Source: Candidatus Gottesmanbacteria bacterium (GTDB lineage: Bacteria; Patescibacteriota; Microgenomatia; UBA10105; UBA927). Taken from it: 48,068 nt of DNA. The translations under genes were made by a program, and so were the position numbers. Below the pieces are notes generated by a model. That model worked only from the letters and a program-made list of their open reading frames with translations. It was not told the origin of the DNA and did no database searches. Below, in pieces: positions 33,894 through 44,451 of this stretch (position 1 is the stretch's first letter; each line of letters begins with the position of its first letter). The stretch covers positions 110,714-158,781 of the forward strand of contig JAUXTO010000042.1 of NCBI GenBank assembly GCA_030679255.1, read 5' to 3'.

Positions 33894-35429
33894 ATGAAAC
33901 GAATCGAATCTAAATATTCAATTTTTGCAAATCCTAGCGCAAAACCAGCAGAAGGTGTTCGTCAAGGTACGTCTACATCATTAAGGTATAATATTTTTAG
34001 TGGCGGTTTACTTGATTTCTCACCCTCACAAAAATCTGCTAATCCTAAAAAGGATGAGGGAAAGAGTGCCATGAAACATCGTGTATTCGGTACTGAATTA
34101 TTTACTGAAGTACGAAAACAAGCAAACGACACAACGCCACTCGCTAAAGTAATTCAAGCACAGCGACCTCCTCAACAAAAATATGATATTTTTGGTCCAT
34201 CTACTTCACCGACCCATGATATTTTTGGACATGCAGTGCAGACTCCTACTGCTGATAAAAAACCAATAAAAGCTGCAGCGCATGAAACAGCAATAGCCGC
34301 CGGAGTCGTCGTCGGTCGATCTGTGGTCAAAGGTTTGGGGGATTTCTTCAATATTTTTCTCCCTACTCCTAAAAGAGATAATTCAGGATCAATTCGAGAG
34401 GATCAGGAAAGCATACGTCAACAAAATGACGAGGCGTTAGCCAAATTATATGAACAATTTGGTGATCTACCCTTATCAGAAGTTGGGAGATTGCCCGAAT
34501 TGGTTATTAAACGATCACAAATAGCTACAACAGTAGAGCCTCGAAAATGGCTGGAAACTGCAGAGCATCATGTACAGCACGCTACTCGAAGCGCTAAAGC
34601 TATTGAACATAGCAATGCACAGATTCGAGCCGCACAGGATAAACTTAATAGGCTTGCAGCGAGAGGTGCAATTTCAACGAATCATTTTAAGATTGATCCA
34701 GCTGATCAACAAGATGGGCCAACTGATCCAATTAAAGTATTATATAGTAATTACAGAAAACGATTGTTTAGAGCGATCACTGCAAGAAAACTACCACCTG
34801 GACAAAAGGATGATGTGCTTGATGATGAAATCATTTTAGACGTACGCAATGGGGTACTGATCGTGTCAGATGCCTCCAAAGGTGGAAGGCCGGAACCACG
34901 ACCACTAAGTGGAATTGGAAAAGATTATGAATTAAAAGTGTTAGCCCCTGGGCTCGTGGCAGGAATTGATGCCAAATTAAAAGAATACAATCAAAAACCT
35001 ATAAATGGATTAGGTTGGGGCCGAGTAGTGCTTGTTGATCGTATGGGAGGAAAAGATGGAACGATCGAAGTGGAAGTACCAATGCCATCTGCAGAAGAAT
35101 TCGCACAACTAGTTTTTGATGCAAAAAGAGCAATCGAACAAGCGACAAAACCACTCGATAGATCTATGGTTGCTGTGCCACAAATAGTCGATTTGTTACC
35201 GCTTAAGAGACCAGCAATGGATGATAGCCGTACAATTTTTGATAATCGATCGATTTCTTTTGCCGGAACAAATCCTGATGATTTTTTTGACTCAATAGCC
35301 AAGACTCAACCGTTACGGCCAATCAAAAGAAAACAAACAATAATACCCAACGAAAGACCGATGACCGCTGAGAGTTCACTTGATTGGCTGGCGGATCAGG
35401 AAGCAGAGAGGGAAGATTTGCCATTTTAA
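33894..35429 (+). CDS. Hypothetical protein
   Basis: 511-aa ORF with repeated Y.IF/DIFG peptides; no recognisable family. Confidence 0.65.
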   Translation: MKRIESKYSIFANPSAKPAEGVRQGTSTSLRYNIFSGGLLDFSPSQKSANPKKDEGKSAMKHRVFGTELFTEVRKQANDTTPLAKVIQAQRPPQQKYDIFGPSTSPTHDIFGHAVQTPTADKKPIKAAAHETAIAAGVVVGRSVVKGLGDFFNIFLPTPKRDNSGSIREDQESIRQQNDEALAKLYEQFGDLPLSEVGRLPELVIKRSQIATTVEPRKWLETAEHHVQHATRSAKAIEHSNAQIRAAQDKLNRLAARGAISTNHFKIDPADQQDGPTDPIKVLYSNYRKRLFRAITARKLPPGQKDDVLDDEIILDVRNGVLIVSDASKGGRPEPRPLSGIGKDYELKVLAPGLVAGIDAKLKEYNQKPINGLGWGRVVLVDRMGGKDGTIEVEVPMPSAEEFAQLVFDAKRAIEQATKPLDRSMVAVPQIVDLLPLKRPAMDDSRTIFDNRSISFAGTNPDDFFDSIAKTQPLRPIKRKQTIIPNERPMTAESSLDWLADQEAEREDLPF

Positions 35430-35490
35430 ATAACCTGTCTCGAATTTTCACTCTTCTCACCTGCATGTTTAACGCTTTGAGGTATTTGTT

Positions 35491-35871
35491 ATGCAAATAC
35501 TTGAACATATATCTTTCTACAAAGCCGAAAGAAAGACTACTATGGTAATAGATGAACTTGAAGTAAAGAATGGCGGGGAACAAAATCCATTAATTCGCGC
35601 AGTGGTGCGATTCGAGGATGGAAAAGAGCGGTCAGTCGTTGGGCGACCATTGGGAAAAATGACGCTGTCTACCGATGACGGAATAACGACTGCTGTTAGT
35701 TTTCCGATTGAAGCACCTGATCCATTTAGGCTTAATCATGGATTATTAATATCTGAAAGTGAGGTTGCTGAATTTATAATTGAAGGATTTCCTAGTGAGA
35801 ATGGAATTGTACCTATGAGTATAAGACCGCGTCCTGATATTGCCGTAATAAATTTTCAAAAAATTTGGTAA
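35491..35871 (+). CDS. Hypothetical protein
   Basis: GAGGT ribosome-binding site; 126-aa ORF. Confidence 0.5.
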   Translation: MQILEHISFYKAERKTTMVIDELEVKNGGEQNPLIRAVVRFEDGKERSVVGRPLGKMTLSTDDGITTAVSFPIEAPDPFRLNHGLLISESEVAEFIIEGFPSENGIVPMSIRPRPDIAVINFQKIW

Positions 35872-35893
35872 GAATGTAACTGTATAACACTTA

Positions 35894-35932
35894 TGAACGC
35901 TTAACCTTCCGGGTTAATTAGCTTTGAAGATC
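35894..35932. repeat. About 40-bp direct repeat (other copies 36482-36510 and 36824-36864)
   Basis: TGAACGCTTAAC.TTCC.GGTTA…GCTTTGAA(G/C)ATC. Confidence 0.75.
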
Positions 35933-35990
35933 ATGTAAATTTTTTACCAATAATGATTGTGGTTTGCCCCTTGCTTTGATATCATCATAG

Positions 35991-36233
35991 ATGATGATAG
36001 CGTTTAGCGACCATGCGCTGCGAAAAATGCAGCAGCGCAAGCTCAAGAAAGAATGGGTGCTTGAAGCGCTTGGGGAGCCAGACTATAGCAAACCTGGGCA
36101 CGAGAACCGCGTGATTGCGTTTAAAAAGATAGAGCATCTTTTTCTCGCAGTTGTCTATGTGAAAGAAGATAAAAATATCGTTGTGATTACTGCTCACTGG
36201 GAAAAGGGGTTTAAACCAATAAAGGAGGCATAA
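35991..36233 (+). CDS. DUF4258 family protein (RelE-like toxin)
   Basis: FSDHALRKMQQR…V.EAL..PD…L.VVY…..IVVITA. Confidence 0.8.
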   Translation: MMIAFSDHALRKMQQRKLKKEWVLEALGEPDYSKPGHENRVIAFKKIEHLFLAVVYVKEDKNIVVITAHWEKGFKPIKEA

Positions 36234-36237
36234 TCTT

Positions 36238-36468
36238 ATGAACATTTATTACGATCCGAAGGTAGACGCACTGGATGTTGTATTTAAAGAGGGTGATGTA
36301 TCCGAAACCCGCGAAGTAGGCCGGGAAATGTTTCTGGACGTGGATAAAAATGGGGAACCGCTATCCTTGGAAATTCTCGACGCAAGTCACAGGCTTCCCG
36401 CTGATGCGTTTGGGAGGCTTTCTTTTACCATCGCCAACTACCCCAAATCGTTCGGGGTGTCTGTATAA
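36238..36468 (+). CDS. DUF2283 family protein (putative antitoxin)
   Basis: M.IYYDP.VDAL.V…..D.D.NG.P..LEILDAS. Confidence 0.82.
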   Translation: MNIYYDPKVDALDVVFKEGDVSETREVGREMFLDVDKNGEPLSLEILDASHRLPADAFGRLSFTIANYPKSFGVSV

Positions 36469-36561
36469 ATACAGAAACAATCTTCCCGGGTTACGTAGCT
36501 TTGAAGATCCAGGTTATCAATTTTTTCTTTCCTTTATTATCCCATGGTATACTGATGTGTA

Positions 36562-36804
36562 GTGAACATCCGCTACACCAAGCACGCTCTGAAGAAATTT
36601 CGAGATAGGGAGGTACCACGTATGAAAATGCGGTATGAAAAAGAGGATGATGTCCTAGATTATGCCGAACAAACCGGCAGTATTATCATGCATTTTACGA
36701 AAGATAATCGTCCGGTACTTATGGAAGTTCTCGATGCATCTGCATTTCTCCGGAACACATCCCAAATACTTCCGGCCTCTGTAAAACAACGTCTTTTTGC
36801 ATAA
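36562..36804 (+). pseudogene. Degenerate second DUF4258/DUF2283 pair
   Basis: NIRYTKHALKKF (DUF4258 start) is cut after about 15 codons and runs in frame into GGAGG-ATG 36622 MKMRYEKEDDVL…PVLMEVLDAS (shortened DUF2283). Confidence 0.6.
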
Positions 36805-37073
36805 GTAAAAAAGCGATGCGGTGTGAACGCTTAACATTCCCAGGTTACGACGCTTTGAACATCCCTGAGATTATTCATAAATGGTGGTGTATAGATGTAT
36901 GGTTTATATGCTTCCGTTGGCGAAGTATATTTTTTCGTATTCCACGAATAACCTTTTTCGCAAATTTCTGAAGATCCCCAACAGTAATTGGCCTGTTTCT
37001 ATGATAACGCTTACTCTTCATATTTACACTGTACATCCGAGAGCAATGCGGCGCAATATGATAGAATGGCCTC

Positions 37074-38129
37074 ATGTTTGATTTCCTCTTTGGGCTCCTC
37101 TCGCATGATTTAGGGATTGATTTAGGAACTTCTTCTGTGTTGGTGTTTGTCAAAGATAAAGGGATCGTGGTCCGTGAGCCGTCGGTCGTTGCCCGCCACA
37201 AAAAAACAAAGGCTATTGTCGCGATCGGTCGGGAAGCCAAGAAAATGCTGGGCAAAACTCCGGGGACGATCGAGGCCATACGGCCGCTGCGTGACGGGGT
37301 CATCAGTGACTTTGATGCCGCTGCCGCCCTCCTCACGCATTACATTCGGCTTGTCCATGAATCGCCAAAGAATCCATTTTTGCCAAAAATTCCCCGGCCC
37401 AAGGTCGTCATTGGTATCCCGAGCGGAGTCACGGAGGTAGAACGACGTGCAGTGCAGGAAGCCGCAATTATGGCCGGCGCCCGCACCGCATTTCTCATTG
37501 AGGAACCGATGGCTGCGGCAATCGGGGCGGGGCTCCCCATCCAGGAAAGCCAGGGGACGTTCATCTGCGACATCGGCGGGGGGACGAGCGAAATAGCGGT
37601 TCTTTCTTTGGGCGGCATCGTGGTCAACCGCAGTATCCGGATAGCAGGCGACGAGATGGATGAGGCCATTACCAACTTTATGCGGCTCAAACACTCGCTG
37701 CTCATCGGCGAGCAGACGGCGGAGGAAATAAAGATAACGATCGGGAGCGCCTATCCTACGGACAAAAATGAGCGCGTGACGGTCGTCCGGGGTCGGGACA
37801 TCGAAACCGGGCTTCCAAAGTCCGTCCGGGTCAGTGAATCCGAAATCCGTGAGGCACTGGCGACAGTCGTCCACCAGGTCATTGAGGCGATAAGCGAGAC
37901 GATAGAAGAAACGCCTCCCGAGCTCGTCGGAGACATCATCGAACATGGGATCATCCTTGCCGGCGGGGGATCCATGCTGCTTGGGATTGATCGGTTGATC
38001 GCCAATGAGCTGAAAATGCCGGTCTGGGTGACGGATGATCCGCAGACGGCGGTCGTGCGCGGAGCTGGCAAATTACTTACGGACGAAGTCTTGCTACGAA
38101 AAGTACGGGTAGCCGCGAGGAGGGTCTAA
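37074..38129 (+). CDS. mreB: Rod shape-determining protein MreB
   Basis: GIDLGTSS, EPSVVA, IRPLRDGVI, EEPMAAAIGAG, DIGGGTSE, GIILAGGG. Confidence 0.96.
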   Translation: MFDFLFGLLSHDLGIDLGTSSVLVFVKDKGIVVREPSVVARHKKTKAIVAIGREAKKMLGKTPGTIEAIRPLRDGVISDFDAAAALLTHYIRLVHESPKNPFLPKIPRPKVVIGIPSGVTEVERRAVQEAAIMAGARTAFLIEEPMAAAIGAGLPIQESQGTFICDIGGGTSEIAVLSLGGIVVNRSIRIAGDEMDEAITNFMRLKHSLLIGEQTAEEIKITIGSAYPTDKNERVTVVRGRDIETGLPKSVRVSESEIREALATVVHQVIEAISETIEETPPELVGDIIEHGIILAGGGSMLLGIDRLIANELKMPVWVTDDPQTAVVRGAGKLLTDEVLLRKVRVAARRV

Positions 38130-38130
38130 G

Positions 38131-38234
38131 AGAGTCTATAAAGTCAAAAGTCATAAAGTCCGTAAAGTTGGGAAGTACCTTTCATTTTTTCGACATTCGA
38201 CTTTATAGACTTTATAGACTTTCGACTTTATAGA
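38131..38234. repeat. Inverted array of short tandem repeats (AAAGTC-type)
   Basis: TATAAAGTCAAAAGTCATAAAGTCCGTAAAGT … ACTTTATAGACTTTATAGACTTTCGACTTTATA. Confidence 0.7.
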
Positions 38235-38238
38235 CAAA

Positions 38239-38814
38239 ATGCTTACATTTGCAATTATGGTTTCCCGTCTTCTTGACCCCATGTGGGTGATGGCAGCAAT
38301 TTCCATATTGGGTGCATATCGATATGGTTTACACACTTTTGCGCTATGGCGCATTATTGTGTTTATGATCGGTGTAATGCTGGTCCCTCTGTTCATTCTT
38401 CGAATATATTTTTCTAAAAGGCATCAAACGAGCGGGTGGGATATCAAACTGCTCAAACACCGGCCTCTCGTCATCGGCGTATTGCTCCTTTTTGGTGCAC
38501 TCAACATCGTTATCGCTTGGACTTACGGCAATCCGGCGTTAGGGAAGCTTTTTATTTTTTATGAATTGTGGCTCTTCGGCTTTTTCTTTATCTCTTTGGC
38601 ATGGAAAATGTCCGGACACGCCGGAGGAATAGCTCTCGCTACAGGATTGATCATCATGTGGTATGGGTGGGATTGGTGGCCGGCGCTCCTCCTCGTGCCA
38701 CTTATGGGGTGGGCAAGAGTCGTGACGAAAAATCATACAGTCGCACAGGTTATTGCAGGGACTGTGTATTCATGGGGATTACTCCAGTTAGGCACATTAG
38801 TCCAACTCGTCTAA
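38239..38814 (+). CDS. PAP2-like membrane protein
   Basis: WKMSGH and WARV…NHT.AQVI.G. Confidence 0.75.
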   Translation: MLTFAIMVSRLLDPMWVMAAISILGAYRYGLHTFALWRIIVFMIGVMLVPLFILRIYFSKRHQTSGWDIKLLKHRPLVIGVLLLFGALNIVIAWTYGNPALGKLFIFYELWLFGFFFISLAWKMSGHAGGIALATGLIIMWYGWDWWPALLLVPLMGWARVVTKNHTVAQVIAGTVYSWGLLQLGTLVQLV

Positions 38815-38820
38815 TTTGGT

Positions 38821-40641
38821 ATGAGGAATATGAAACTCGGTCAAGCTTTTTCCGATTCGGTGATCATCGAGGCCAAAACCGCAAGCCGCGTAGGTAAAAT
38901 CCCTCCACGTGCCTGGTGGCTTGGTGCCGGACGAGCACTACTTTTTACGACCATATTGTTTGCCACACTTTTTATTCTTGCGTGGAGACTTTTTGACTTA
39001 ACCATTATTCGCGGATATGAACTGCGTGCGCTTTCCGATGGCAACCGCACCCGCGAACTTATCCGTCATGCCCCACGGGGGAGGATACTTGACCGGACCG
39101 GACGGGAACTAGCCGGTAATACGCCCACGTATCGATTCATCATGCCCTGTGGGAACAATACGATTGCTCAATGTACGAAGATCATTGACGCATCAGAACG
39201 CGCTACACTTATACATCAAGGATTAACGCCGGGCGCTTACATCGAAGATGATTTTGCTCGGTACTACCCCGCGGGTCTGGCGACCAGTCATGTCATCGGA
39301 TATACCGGAGAAATAAGCGAAAAGGAACTCAAAGATCCGTATTTTAAACTCCGAGGCTATCGGGCAGGCGACCGGATCGGCCGTATGGGAGCCGAGGCTG
39401 TCTATGAAGATCGGCTTCGTGGACGCGATGGAAGGCAACTTGTAGAGATTAACGCAAGTGGTGTGGTCACCCGCACGTTGGGAAGTGTAGAAGCCGTACC
39501 GGGCGAGGATATCACGCTTTCTCTCGATCGAAGCCTATCGGAAGCAGCACAAGTTGCTTTTCCTCAGGAGCAAAAAGGGGCAATCATCGTCTCTCGACCG
39601 ACAACGGGCGAACTATTAGCGCTTATCACGAGTCCCACATTTGATGCAAATATTTTTACTCAACCACTCTCCAAAGATGCCTATAGCAAGCTTTTTGATG
39701 ATCCTGCCTTGCCGATGTTTAACCGCGCAATTAGTGGCACTTACCCCCCGGGATCTCTTTTTAAGATTGTCACATCCATTGCCGGACTTGAAGAAAAAAT
39801 TTTGACGGCAAAGACACTCTATGAAGATACCGGTGAGGTCGTAATCGGCCCGTTTAAATTTGCAAATTGGTATTTTACAAAATATGGGAAAACGGAAGGT
39901 CTTGTCGACATTATTAAAGCTATCCAGCGAAGTAATGATATATTTTTCTATAAAGCAGGTGAGGCGATCGGCATCACCAAACTTGCGTTATGGGCCAAAC
40001 GTATGGGCATTGGGTCTCCTCTTGGGATCGAAATACCCGGAGAAGCCGGTGGTCTGATGCCTGAACCTACCTGGAAACTTCTGAGGTTTGACACTCCGCA
40101 AGATAAAATTGACCGTAATGACCAGTGGTATCTGGGAGATACGTATCACGTCGCCATTGGTCAGGGATATGTGCTCACGACCCCACTCCAGGCAAACGCA
40201 TGGACGAATGTGGTGGCAAATGGAGGAAAACTCTGCCGGCCGACCATTGAGAAAGTCAAAAGTGAAAAGTCAAAAGTCAAAAGTGAATGCAAAGATTTAG
40301 AGATTAAGACTGAAACAATTGCACTTATTACGGAAGGAATGAAAAAAACATGCGAAACGGGCGGGACGGGATGGCCTTTATTCAATTTCCAAATCACAAA
40401 CCTGCCTGCCGGCAAGGCAGGTCCCAATGACCAAACAACACTATTGATGCCAGTCGCCTGCAAGACGGGAACTGCCGAATTCGGGGACCCCGACAACAAA
40501 ACGCACGCGTGGTTTACCGTATTTGCGCCAATCAATGAGCCCGAACTATCCGTGACCGTACTCGTGGAAGCGGCAGGAGATGGCAGCGATAAAGCCGCAC
40601 CCATTGCGAAAAAAATATTGGAGGAGTGGTTTTCACGATAA
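38821..40641 (+). CDS. mrdA: Penicillin-binding protein 2
   Basis: APRGRILDR, YPPGSLFK (SxxK), SND, KTGT motifs. Confidence 0.92.
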   Translation: MRNMKLGQAFSDSVIIEAKTASRVGKIPPRAWWLGAGRALLFTTILFATLFILAWRLFDLTIIRGYELRALSDGNRTRELIRHAPRGRILDRTGRELAGNTPTYRFIMPCGNNTIAQCTKIIDASERATLIHQGLTPGAYIEDDFARYYPAGLATSHVIGYTGEISEKELKDPYFKLRGYRAGDRIGRMGAEAVYEDRLRGRDGRQLVEINASGVVTRTLGSVEAVPGEDITLSLDRSLSEAAQVAFPQEQKGAIIVSRPTTGELLALITSPTFDANIFTQPLSKDAYSKLFDDPALPMFNRAISGTYPPGSLFKIVTSIAGLEEKILTAKTLYEDTGEVVIGPFKFANWYFTKYGKTEGLVDIIKAIQRSNDIFFYKAGEAIGITKLALWAKRMGIGSPLGIEIPGEAGGLMPEPTWKLLRFDTPQDKIDRNDQWYLGDTYHVAIGQGYVLTTPLQANAWTNVVANGGKLCRPTIEKVKSEKSKVKSECKDLEIKTETIALITEGMKKTCETGGTGWPLFNFQITNLPAGKAGPNDQTTLLMPVACKTGTAEFGDPDNKTHAWFTVFAPINEPELSVTVLVEAAGDGSDKAAPIAKKILEEWFSR

Positions 40642-40693
40642 ATGCATCAGCCTTAAAAGGTCTCACCTTTTAAGGCTGGAGACGTGAAATGTT

Positions 40694-41821
40694 ATGGATG
40701 ATGAAAAAAAGTATTGGGTTGCATTCAGTGTTTTTCCCGGTATCGGGCCGGTACGGTTTAAGCTTTTACGTGACTATTTTGGGAGTGTCGTGGACGCATG
40801 GAACGCGAGTCCTCAAGCTCTTCGGAAAATCCACCTTGGAGAAAAACTCGTACAAGAATTCATCATCTTTCGCGAAAGTTTTCCTTTAGATGATTATCTC
40901 ACGCAGCTCGGCAAACAACATGTCCACATATTGACCCTTGATGATCCACGTTACCCCAAACGTCTCAAAGAAATTCCCGATGCGCCGTTTCTTCTCTACA
41001 TCAAAGCCAAACCCGGTCAGGAAAAGTTGAATCTCGATCGGACTATAGCTGTCGTCGGAACACGCAAAATCACCCATTATGGAGAAGAAGTTACGCGGCG
41101 GATCGTCAAAGGGCTCGTCGCGCATGGCTTTACCATCGTCTCCGGCATGGCCTACGGAGTGGATGCCGTAGCCCATCAAACGGCTATCGATGCGGGAGGC
41201 AAAACGATCGCGGTACTCGGATGCGGTATTGACATTATCGCTCCGCCAAGTAATGCTAGATTGTATCGGGCGATAGGAGAGGAGGGCGGCGGAGCAATAG
41301 TTTCGGAGATGCCGCTTGGGTTACGGCCCAATAAAGGACTCTTCCCGGCCCGGAACCGTATCATTAGTGGATTATCTATGGGTGTGGTCGTCACGGAAGG
41401 AGCGGATGACAGTGGAGCACTCATAACGGCCAGGAATGCAACCGAGCAGGGGAGAGAGGTGTTTGCTATACCGGGGCCCATTACGAGTCCGTATAGCCGA
41501 GGACCGGCGAGTCTCATTAAAAAGGGTGCTAAATTAGTAGAACGGGTGGAGGATATACTGGAGGAACTCAATATTAATACTACTCCTTCGACTGCGCTCA
41601 GGACAGGCAATCCGGCAAATACTACCAAGACTCAATATAAAGCAGATACAAAAGAGGAACAAATCATCATCGATCAACTACAGAAAGAACCGATGCATAT
41701 TGATGAGATTGTAAGGAGTAGCGGCTTGACCGCGTCTGCGGTGGCTGCTAGTATCACGATTCTGGAAATGAAGCATGTGATCCGGGATTATGGGGAAAAG
41801 AATTATGGAATAAGAGAATAA
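40694..41821 (+). CDS. dprA: DNA processing protein DprA
   Basis: AVVGTR, IVSGMAYGVD..AH, FPARNRIISGLS, SGALITA, GREVFAIPG. Confidence 0.95.
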   Translation: MDDEKKYWVAFSVFPGIGPVRFKLLRDYFGSVVDAWNASPQALRKIHLGEKLVQEFIIFRESFPLDDYLTQLGKQHVHILTLDDPRYPKRLKEIPDAPFLLYIKAKPGQEKLNLDRTIAVVGTRKITHYGEEVTRRIVKGLVAHGFTIVSGMAYGVDAVAHQTAIDAGGKTIAVLGCGIDIIAPPSNARLYRAIGEEGGGAIVSEMPLGLRPNKGLFPARNRIISGLSMGVVVTEGADDSGALITARNATEQGREVFAIPGPITSPYSRGPASLIKKGAKLVERVEDILEELNINTTPSTALRTGNPANTTKTQYKADTKEEQIIIDQLQKEPMHIDEIVRSSGLTASAVAASITILEMKHVIRDYGEKNYGIRE

Positions 41822-41927
41822 ACGAATAATGTAATAATGGAATAAGCAAATAAAAAATCAGGAACCGAATTACATCTCATTCGATTATTCCGTTATTCGA
41901 TTATTTCATTATTCATTTATTGAAATT

Positions 41928-44036
41928 ATGATTCTCATCATCGTCGAATCACCAACGAAAGCCCGCACCCTTACCCGTTTTCTTAGCGGCAAAGGCGACT
42001 ATCGCGTGGAAGCCACCATGGGCCACATACGGGATTTGCCCAAAGCTACACTTGGGGTCGACTTGGATCATGATTTTGCGCCAAGTTACATCATTCCCAA
42101 AGACCGTCAGAAAAGAGTCGGAGAACTCAAAGCACTCGCCAAAAAAGCCGATTCTGTCATCCTTGCAACTGATCCGGACCGCGAAGGGGAAGCAATCGCT
42201 TGGCATGCGGCGAGCTTACTCGCGGATAGTCGTCAGTCGTCAGCCCGCCTGCAGGCGCCTGGAGCGCCAGCGACTGGCGGGCAGGTCGTCAGTCGTCAGA
42301 AAAAAAATAAAAAGTCTGAAGGCAGAAAGCTGACCGCTGATAGCTTCCGTCGTATCATCTTCCACGAAATTACGGAGTCGGCAATTCATGAAGCAATCTC
42401 ACAACCGAGGGAAATAGATCTCAAACTCGTGGATGCCCAACAAGCCCGCCGGGTCCTTGACCGCCTCGTCGGATATAAACTCTCTCCGCTTCTCTGGCAA
42501 AAACTTTCCCGCCGGTGGCTTTCTGCCGGCCGCGTCCAATCCGTGGCGGTACGACTGATCGTAGAACGGGAAAGAGAAATAGAAAAGTTTGGGAAAGAAG
42601 AATTTTGGACAATCGAGGGCAAATTTCTATTATCCAATTCTCAAATTAACGCGCAATTAGTAAACAAAAACGGAGAGAAATACGAAAAATCACTAACGTA
42701 TACGCTTTTTGATGGAACGTATACGACCACCAGTTCGTCAATAGACAATAAACAAAAAGCAGAAAGCGTTATAGCGGATCTTCGATCTCCCTACACAGTG
42801 TCGGCCGTCGATACGAAAGAAATCCGCCGGAGCCCGCCGCCGCCGTATACCACAAGTACCCTTCAGCAGGATGCGGGGCGACGATTAGGATTTTCAGCCA
42901 AACGCACGATGCAACTTGCGCAAAAATTGTATGAAGAAGGCATTATTACCTACCACCGGACGGACAGTGTCAATTTAGCGGAAAAATTTATCGGTGAAGC
43001 ACGAGCGTACATCGAACTCACGTATGGCGCCCGGTACTCACCGGAGAAGCCACGCCGCTACCAAACCAAGTCCAAACTTGCCCAGGAAGCACATGAAGCA
43101 ATCAGGCCGACGGACGTAGGAATGACCAATGACCAATTTCCAAATCCCAATGCGGAACTCAACCGAGATCACCATCGTCTCTATGGTCTCATCTGGAAAC
43201 GGGCCTTAGCGTGCCAGGTGAAAGAGGCAGTGTTTGATTCGACCACGATCAAAATCGCAAGTGGCAATGGCTACCAGTTCGAGCTACAGGGATCAGTCAT
43301 CAAATTTGACGGCTATCTCATAGTGCTCGGTCGCGAGACCGATGGTGAGGCTCAGCTACCTCGCGTATCGGTAGGAGAAATCGTCACATTAGACGCTACG
43401 AGTCCTTCCGAACATTTCACTATGCCTCCGCCACGATATACGGAAGCCACCCTCGTTAAAGCTCTCGAAGAAGCCGGGATAGGCCGTCCGAGCACGTATG
43501 CTCCAATTATTTCTACGATACAGGAACGCATGTATATCGCCAAAGAAGAAAAAAAATTGGTCCCTACTGATCTCGGATTTTCCGTCACGGACTTTCTCGT
43601 GCAATATTTTCCTACCATACTCAAGCTTCCATTTACCGCCCATATGGAAGATGAATTCGATCAGATTGCAGCGGGCTCCAAGGCATGGCAACCGGTTATC
43701 CGCGATTTTTATACACCATTTGCCGTTGAGCTTGCTCAAGCCTACGAATCTGCAGAAAAAGTGAAAATGCCCGTAGAGACGCTCGATGAAAAATGTCCTG
43801 ATTGCGGGTTTGCTCTCGTCATCCGTACTGGCCGGTATGGCAAGTTCATCGCATGCAGCACGTTTCCTGCGTGCAAATACAGCCGTCAACTCATCGAAAA
43901 GATCGATAAGCTATGCCCCCGCTGCGGGGGAGATATCATTGTCAAAAAAAGCAGAAAACGAGGAAAAACGTTTTATGGATGCGGCAATTACCCGACCTGT
44001 ACGTTTGCCGCATGGAAGAAGGAAGATATAAAATAG
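41928..44036 (+). CDS. topA: DNA topoisomerase I
   Basis: IVESPTKA, ATDPDREGE, SAGRVQS, ITYHRTDS, AHEAIRPT, GIGRPSTY, C-terminal zinc ribbons. Confidence 0.97.
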   Translation: MILIIVESPTKARTLTRFLSGKGDYRVEATMGHIRDLPKATLGVDLDHDFAPSYIIPKDRQKRVGELKALAKKADSVILATDPDREGEAIAWHAASLLADSRQSSARLQAPGAPATGGQVVSRQKKNKKSEGRKLTADSFRRIIFHEITESAIHEAISQPREIDLKLVDAQQARRVLDRLVGYKLSPLLWQKLSRRWLSAGRVQSVAVRLIVEREREIEKFGKEEFWTIEGKFLLSNSQINAQLVNKNGEKYEKSLTYTLFDGTYTTTSSSIDNKQKAESVIADLRSPYTVSAVDTKEIRRSPPPPYTTSTLQQDAGRRLGFSAKRTMQLAQKLYEEGIITYHRTDSVNLAEKFIGEARAYIELTYGARYSPEKPRRYQTKSKLAQEAHEAIRPTDVGMTNDQFPNPNAELNRDHHRLYGLIWKRALACQVKEAVFDSTTIKIASGNGYQFELQGSVIKFDGYLIVLGRETDGEAQLPRVSVGEIVTLDATSPSEHFTMPPPRYTEATLVKALEEAGIGRPSTYAPIISTIQERMYIAKEEKKLVPTDLGFSVTDFLVQYFPTILKLPFTAHMEDEFDQIAAGSKAWQPVIRDFYTPFAVELAQAYESAEKVKMPVETLDEKCPDCGFALVIRTGRYGKFIACSTFPACKYSRQLIEKIDKLCPRCGGDIIVKKSRKRGKTFYGCGNYPTCTFAAWKKEDIK

Positions 44037-44135
44037 CAACACGAGAAATACGAGCAACGGGAAGCAAAATAGATAGATAATTTTGACTCGTGTTTCTATC
44101 ACTGCTAGTATTACTAGTGTTGCTCATTTATCAAT

Positions 44136-44450
44136 ATGGATGACCGTCGAAAAACAGTTGCAGCTATCACGCTCATTATTATTGTTGTTAGTCTCTTGGT
44201 GCTCGTTGGACTCGTCCTCGTCACCCGGAAAAAGTCGATCGTTTCTCCGGTACCGGAAGAAGGCGCCATCCGTATAATATTTGTGAGCCCTACCGTGACG
44301 CCGTCACCCGATGCAAACTCGGCCATAACGAAAACTCCGACTCCTACACAGAAGCCAAAGGCAACGGCAACACCAAAGCCAACCTCCGCAACAAGTTCGA
44401 CCCCGACACCGACAAAAATCTCCAGTCCATCTGCTACTCCTAAACCGTAA
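44136..44450 (+). CDS. Small TM protein with a P/T-rich tail
   Basis: TM helix followed by a TPTP low-complexity region. Confidence 0.6.
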   Translation: MDDRRKTVAAITLIIIVVSLLVLVGLVLVTRKKSIVSPVPEEGAIRIIFVSPTVTPSPDANSAITKTPTPTQKPKATATPKPTSATSSTPTPTKISSPSATPKP

Positions 44451-44451
44451 T

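Noticed and set aside
35894-35932. Integron attC sites (GCTTAAC…GTTA)
   Set aside because: The core and inverse core are only 7-8 nt apart, far too short for attC, and there is no intI in the window.
36875-37336. 153-aa minus-strand ORF
   Set aside because: It is mostly antisense to mreB. A short basic peptide at its 3' end is possible but unsupported.
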